From the NCBI RefSeq assembly GCF_014252315.1, contig NZ_CP059216.1, forward strand, positions 538,038 through 570,037: DNA of 32,000 nt. The letters run 5' to 3'. Below the pieces are notes generated by a model, which did not search any database, was not told where the DNA came from, and saw only the letters and a program-made list of their open reading frames with translations. This DNA comes from Candidatus Saccharimonadota bacterium. Its GTDB lineage: Bacteria > Bacteroidota > Bacteroidia > Flavobacteriales > Blattabacteriaceae. Each line of letters opens with the position of its first letter. Position 1 is the stretch's first letter. Below are positions 27,243 through 32,000 of this stretch, piece after piece. The position numbers and the translations under genes are program-made.

Positions 27243-29036
27243 TTAATCTTTAATTTTTAAAAAAGTCATAAATGCAGATGATGGTATATTGACTTTTCCT
27301 AGTTCACGCATTTTTTTCTTTCCTTTTTTTTGTTTATTCAATAATTTTTTTTTTCTAGTTATATCTCCTCCATAACATTTTCCAATTACATCTTTTCTTA
27401 AAGATTTTATAGTTTCTCTTGCAATAATTTTTCCAGATATAGATGCTTGTATTGGTATGCTAAATTGATGTTTTGGTATTAATGCTGATAATTTTTTACA
27501 AATTTTTTTTGCTAAGATTTCTGATTTACTTTTATGAGACAACATAGATAATGATTCTATTTTTTCTCTATTTATTAATACAATAATCTTTCTTAAATCT
27601 GATTCTCTATATTCAATAAATTGATAATCAAAAGAGGCGTATCCTTTGGTAATTGTTTTTAATTTATCATAAAAATCAATAATAATTTCTGATAAAGGCA
27701 TTTCAAATGATATTTGAACTTTTCCTGATGATAAATAATTTTGATCCATAATAATTCCACGTTTTTTCATGCATAAAGAGATTATGTCTCCTATATCATT
27801 ATTTTGTGTAATAATAGATACAAGAACATAAGGTTCTTCTACTTTTTTAAAAGTTCCATATTCTGGAAAATTTGATGGAACATTTACAAAAAATGATTTA
27901 TTTTTTGTATAAATTTTATAAGAAACATTAGGAATAGTAACAATTACAGATATTCCATATTCTCTTTCTATACGATCTTTAATTATTTCTAAATGAAGCA
28001 TACCTAAAAATCCACAATGAAATCCATATCCTAAAGCTGAAGATGATTCTGGTTTAAAGTATATAGAAGCATCATTCAATTGAAGCTTTTCCATAGCAGT
28101 ACGTAAATCTTCATATTCATTATATTTAATAGGATAAATACTAGCAAAAACCATATGTTTTATATCTTCAAATTTTTTAACAGGATTTTTTGCAGATCGA
28201 TAAAAATCTGTTATTGTATCTCCTACTTTTACTTCAAAATTATTTTTTATTCCAGAAATTAAATATCCAACATCTCCAGCTTCTATTTTATCTTTAGATA
28301 TTTTTTTTAATTTAAGACATCCTATATCATTAGCATAAAATATTTTATTTGTTGATAAAAATTTTAATTTTTGTCCTTTTTTTATACATCCGTTTTTAAC
28401 TCTAAAAAAAAACTCAATACCAGTAAAAGGATTATATATAGAATCAAATACAAATGCTTGTAATGGATTATTTGAATTTCCTTTTGGAAAAGGTATTTTA
28501 ATTATAATATTTTCTAATATTTTCCTAATTCCTAATCCAATTTTAGCACTAGCAGGTATGATATCTTTTTTACTACATTTTAATAAATTAATTATATCAT
28601 CAATAATATTGCCATAATTATTATTATCTATTAAATCAATTTTATTTAATACTGGGATAATTACTAAATTATTTTTTAAAGCTAAAGATAGATTAGAAAC
28701 TGTTTGTGCTTGTATTCCTTTTATACAATCTACAACTAATAAAGCCCCTTCACAAGAAGAAATAGATCTTTTAACTTCATAAGAAAAATCTATATGACCA
28801 GGAGTATCAATTAAATTAAGAGTATATATATGATTTTTATATTTATAATTCATTTGTACTGCATGACTTTTAATAGTTATTCCTCGTTCTTTTTCTAAAT
28901 CCATATTATCTAATAATTGCATATTTTTATCTTTTATATCAACTGTATTAGTTAATTCTAAAAGACGATCTGCCAATGTACTTTTTCCATGATCTACATG
29001 TGCAATAATACAAAAATTACGTATATAACGAATCAT
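27243..29036 (-). CDS. lepA: Translation elongation factor 4 (LepA)
   Basis: The motifs are IRNFCIIAHVDHGKSTLADRLL, DTPGHIDF and NKIDL, plus the LepA-specific C-terminal domain (...GKCYGGDITRKKKLLNKQKKGKKKM). Confidence 0.96.
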   Translation of the reverse strand: MIRYIRNFCIIAHVDHGKSTLADRLLELTNTVDIKDKNMQLLDNMDLEKERGITIKSHAVQMNYKYKNHIYTLNLIDTPGHIDFSYEVKRSISSCEGALLVVDCIKGIQAQTVSNLSLALKNNLVIIPVLNKIDLIDNNNYGNIIDDIINLLKCSKKDIIPASAKIGLGIRKILENIIIKIPFPKGNSNNPLQAFVFDSIYNPFTGIEFFFRVKNGCIKKGQKLKFLSTNKIFYANDIGCLKLKKISKDKIEAGDVGYLISGIKNNFEVKVGDTITDFYRSAKNPVKKFEDIKHMVFASIYPIKYNEYEDLRTAMEKLQLNDASIYFKPESSSALGYGFHCGFLGMLHLEIIKDRIEREYGISVIVTIPNVSYKIYTKNKSFFVNVPSNFPEYGTFKKVEEPYVLVSIITQNNDIGDIISLCMKKRGIIMDQNYLSSGKVQISFEMPLSEIIIDFYDKLKTITKGYASFDYQFIEYRESDLRKIIVLINREKIESLSMLSHKSKSEILAKKICKKLSALIPKHQFSIPIQASISGKIIARETIKSLRKDVIGKCYGGDITRKKKLLNKQKKGKKKMRELGKVNIPSSAFMTFLKIKD

Positions 29037-29137
29037 AATATATTTTTATTAATTTTTATTATATTAAAGTAAGTTTATACCATATGTAATGATACTATAT
29101 TCTATTCTAAAAGTTAACCTACAAGATTTTTTATTAA

Positions 29138-29712
29138 TTATAATGTATATTCTTTATTATTAAATAAACTCATTGTTTTTTGTATTCCTTTTGTAATAAA
29201 GGATAAAATTATTTTTATAATTATATCTGATTTTGAAAATAAGAAGTTAATTTCATTATTTTTCCAATTACTTAATACATGTTTTTCTATATTATTAGAA
29301 CAATTACCTATACCAAATCTAAATCTTGCATAATTATTGGTTCCTATTTCATTTTGAATACTTTTTAATCCATTATGACCTCCACTTCCACCTTTTTCTT
29401 TTAAACGAAAAATTCCAAATTTTATATTTATATCATCACAAATAATTAATATATTTTTTAATGATATATTTTTTTTTTTATCCAATATTTTACTGATTTT
29501 CCACTATAATTAACATAAGTAGATGGTTTTAATAAAAAAATTATATTATCTATGTAATTCAATTTTGATATAACCCCCAATTTTTTTTTAGAAAAATGTA
29601 AAGAATATTTTTCTGAAATTTTATCTAAAATAAAAAATCCAAAATTATGTCTTGTTCTACAATAATTATTTCCTGGGTTTCCTATCCCAACTAATAAAAA
29701 TTTTTTTTCCAT
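29138..29712 (-). pseudogene. pth: Peptidyl-tRNA hydrolase interrupted by a frameshift in an A11 (coding-strand) tract. It is either a pseudogene, a base-calling error, or a slippage-dependent gene.
   Basis: The N-terminal half (29458..29712) reads MEKKFLLVGIGNPGNNYCRTRHNFGF...NYSGKSVKYWIKKK. The C-terminal half (29138..29485, different frame) reads NISLKNILIICDDINIKFGIFRLKEKGGSGGHNGLKSI...RFRFGIG. The frames switch exactly in the run at 29469..29479. Confidence 0.85.
29469..29479. repeat. T11 homopolymer (A11 on the coding strand) at the pth frameshift
   Basis: Counted directly: gatataTTTTTTTTTTTatcc. Confidence 0.9.
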
Positions 29713-29725
29713 TTATTATTTATTT

Positions 29726-30607
29726 TTAATATCCATTTATAAAATCATGAACTGTTTTACCTATTTCTGCTGGAGATTGTACAATATTAACTCCATTTTT
29801 TTTCATAATATTTATCTTATATTGTGCGGTTTCTATATTTTTATTAATAATTGCACCTGCATGTCCCATTATTTTCCCTTTTGGAGCTGTTTTTCCTGCT
29901 ATAAATCCTATTATAGGTTTTTTTATTTTATTATTATTCATCCATTTAACTGCATTAATCTCTGATTCTCCGCCTATTTCTCCAATAATTACAATACATT
30001 TTGTTTCTTTATCATATAAAAAAAGTTTTAATATATCTTTAACATTTGTTCCTACAATAGTATCCCCTCCAACTCCTACAGCTGTAGAAATACCATATCC
30101 CATTTTAATAATTTGATCTGCTGCTTCATATGTTAATGTTCCAGATCTAGAAATTATACCTACATTTCCTTTTTTTACAAATACAGAATTTGGCATAATA
30201 CCTACCTTAGATTCTCCAGAAGATATAATACCTGGACAATTAGGTCCAATCAAATAATTATTTTTTTTTTTTAAAAATTGTTTAATTCTAATCATATCTG
30301 ATATTGGTATACCTTCTGTAATACAAACAATTATACTTATTCCTGAATAAATAGATTCCATTATAGCATCTGATGCAAAATTATATGGAACAAAAATAGC
30401 ACTTACATCACAACCTGTATTATATACAGCATCTTCTACAGTATTGAATATTGGTATATCATTTATAATTTTTCCTCCTTTTCCTGGAGTTACTCCTCCA
30501 ACTATATTTGTTCCATAAGAAATCATTTGACTAGCATGAAATAATCCTTCTTTTCCAGTCATTCCTTGTATAATTACTTTATTATTTTTATTTATTAAAA
30601 TACTCAT
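29726..30607 (-). CDS. sucD: Succinyl-CoA synthetase alpha subunit
   Basis: MSILINKNNKVIIQGMTGKEGLFHASQMISYGTNIVGGVTPGKGG is nearly colinear with the E. coli SucD N-terminus. The phosphohistidine loop is MGHAGAII. I prefer the ATG at 30607 over the TTG at 30628 used by the track. Confidence 0.95.
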   Translation of the reverse strand: MSILINKNNKVIIQGMTGKEGLFHASQMISYGTNIVGGVTPGKGGKIINDIPIFNTVEDAVYNTGCDVSAIFVPYNFASDAIMESIYSGISIIVCITEGIPISDMIRIKQFLKKKNNYLIGPNCPGIISSGESKVGIMPNSVFVKKGNVGIISRSGTLTYEAADQIIKMGYGISTAVGVGGDTIVGTNVKDILKLFLYDKETKCIVIIGEIGGESEINAVKWMNNNKIKKPIIGFIAGKTAPKGKIMGHAGAIINKNIETAQYKINIMKKNGVNIVQSPAEIGKTVHDFINGY

Positions 30608-30644
30608 TTTTTTGAATGTAAAATACAAAAAATATTTTTACTAT

Positions 30645-31880
30645 TTATTTTTTAACTATCTTTGCCATTATTTCTGCTTCTACAACTGTTTTTTCGTTTA
30701 CATATCCATATCCTTTCATATAAAGAAAACCTCTTTTCATCCAATTTAACAAATGTACTTGTAATATAATTATATCTCCAGGAACTATTTTTTTTAAAAA
30801 TTTAACTTTATCTATTTTTATTAAATAAGTAGAATATAATTCTGGATTTCTAAATTGACTTAAAATTAATATTCCTCCTACTTGTGCTATAGCTTCAATT
30901 TGTAATACTCCAGGCATAACAGGTTCATTTGGAAAATGACCTGTAAAAAAATATTCATTTATAGTAACATTTTTTACTCCTGTTATATGATTTTTTGATA
31001 AATCTATAATTTTATCTACTAATAAAAATGGGAATTTATGAGGCAAAATATTCATAATACTCTTTGTATCAAAAATTGTTTGTTTTTCTACATATTTAAT
31101 TTTATTAATTTTTGATATACGAATTTTTTCAGTTAAATTATTTAATAATTTTTTAATAATAGATTTATCTGGATTATAAATAATTATTCTTCCTTTTAAT
31201 TTAACATTAACTAATGCTAAAATTCCTATAATATCTAATAAAAAATGTTTAGCAATTTCGTTAGATAAAGAATAAAAACAATTTTTTTTATGTTTTTGTA
31301 TAACACAAAAAATTTTTGAATTTGCAATTTTTTTAAATTGATTTTCTTTTTTAAACAAAGCATTTTGTGTTTCTATATTGTTTGATTCAAAATCTATTAT
31401 AGTTATTATTTCTAATTCTTTTGAAGGAGATGTTATAATTTCTCCACCTGTTTTTTTATTTTTTATAGATAAAAAATCTTTTATAAAAAAATATTTTCTT
31501 TCTGCATTTTGCTCTATAATTCCAACTTTTTCTATTTCTTCTACAAAAAATTTTGAAGATCCATCTAAAATAGGAACTTCCATGTTATTTAATTCTATTA
31601 TTATATTATCTAAATTCATACCATTAATAGCAGCAATAATATGTTCAGTGGTATAAATTTTTATATTATTTTTTTTTAATACTAAATTTTTTTCTATTTC
31701 TAATAAAGAAGATACATTTACTTTTATGCATGGTTTATTTTTTAAATCTGTTCTTATAAATAAAAATCCTGTATGTATTGGAGCAGGATTTATTGTAACA
31801 GTAATTTTTTTTTCAGTATAATATAATCCAAATCCTTTAAAGGATATTTTTCCAGCTATAGTTCTTTGTTTTATATACAT
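30645..31880 (-). CDS. fabZ: Fused LpxC-like / FabZ protein (UDP-3-O-acyl-GlcNAc deacetylase domain plus 3-hydroxyacyl-ACP dehydratase domain). The LpxC half is shortened.
   Basis: The N-terminal half has LpxC motifs: IKQRTI, NPAPIHTGFLFIRTDL, YTTEHIIAAI, EVPILDGSS and AKHFLLDIIG. The C-terminal ~145 aa is a complete FabZ hot-dog domain (ILPHKFPFLLVDKI...TGHFPNEPVMPGVLQIEAIAQVGG). This fusion is typical of Bacteroidetes. Confidence 0.88.
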   Translation of the reverse strand: MYIKQRTIAGKISFKGFGLYYTEKKITVTINPAPIHTGFLFIRTDLKNKPCIKVNVSSLLEIEKNLVLKKNNIKIYTTEHIIAAINGMNLDNIIIELNNMEVPILDGSSKFFVEEIEKVGIIEQNAERKYFFIKDFLSIKNKKTGGEIITSPSKELEIITIIDFESNNIETQNALFKKENQFKKIANSKIFCVIQKHKKNCFYSLSNEIAKHFLLDIIGILALVNVKLKGRIIIYNPDKSIIKKLLNNLTEKIRISKINKIKYVEKQTIFDTKSIMNILPHKFPFLLVDKIIDLSKNHITGVKNVTINEYFFTGHFPNEPVMPGVLQIEAIAQVGGILILSQFRNPELYSTYLIKIDKVKFLKKIVPGDIIILQVHLLNWMKRGFLYMKGYGYVNEKTVVEAEIMAKIVKK

Positions 31881-32000
31881 ATTTTATTAAAAAATTTTTT
31901 TGATTAAAAACTAGTAGAAAAATAAAAAACTTTAATATATTATATATTATTTGTAATTTTGTTTATTTTAAAATAAAATACAGATATAATTAAATTTTAA

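Noticed and set aside
1-32000. A window-wide search for CRISPR repeats, IS or transposase genes, integrases, toxin-antitoxin pairs, phage genes, rRNA, and long direct or inverted repeats.
   Set aside because: None was found. Every ORF of 150 aa or more is accounted for by a housekeeping function or one of the flagged unknowns, and no repeated unit longer than simple homopolymers was evident on reading.

Overview
The window is a gene-dense, extremely AT-rich stretch from a reduced Bacteroidetes (Flavobacteriia-type) endosymbiont genome. The gene content and protein signatures fit a Blattabacterium-like symbiont: a fused LpxC/FabZ, a PheT starting MKISYNW, a DUF2795 gene directly upstream of secA, and K/I/N-rich proteins. 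This organism call is inference only. Almost everything is housekeeping: leuA (partial), tyrS, era, clpB, prfB, speA-like/speB, cmk, fabG, menD, sanA-like, secA, fmt, hup, pdxH, one tRNA(CAU), pheT, glyQS, trxB, gapA, lepA, pth, sucD and lpxC/fabZ. I saw no CRISPR array, transposase, integrase, phage genes, rRNA or defence island. I cannot honestly point to a convincing novel multi-gene system. Seven things deserve a second look. (1) Three genes (pth, sanA-like, a small membrane protein) are each broken at a homopolymer tract that is exactly 1 nt too short. (2) The LpxC half of lpxC/fabZ looks catalytically degenerate while the FabZ half is intact. (3) A compositionally aberrant, very acidic DUF2795 mini-protein sits 23 nt upstream of secA. 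(4) A 518-aa helical-repeat protein has no recognisable function. (5) An orphan HsdR_N-like PD-(D/E)xK protein has a TTG start. (6) PheT lacks its OB-fold tRNA-binding domain. (7) Genes are packed tightly, with shared TTAA convergent stops and TAATG/ATGA/59-nt overlaps. All similarity statements come from by-eye alignment and memory, not from database searches.
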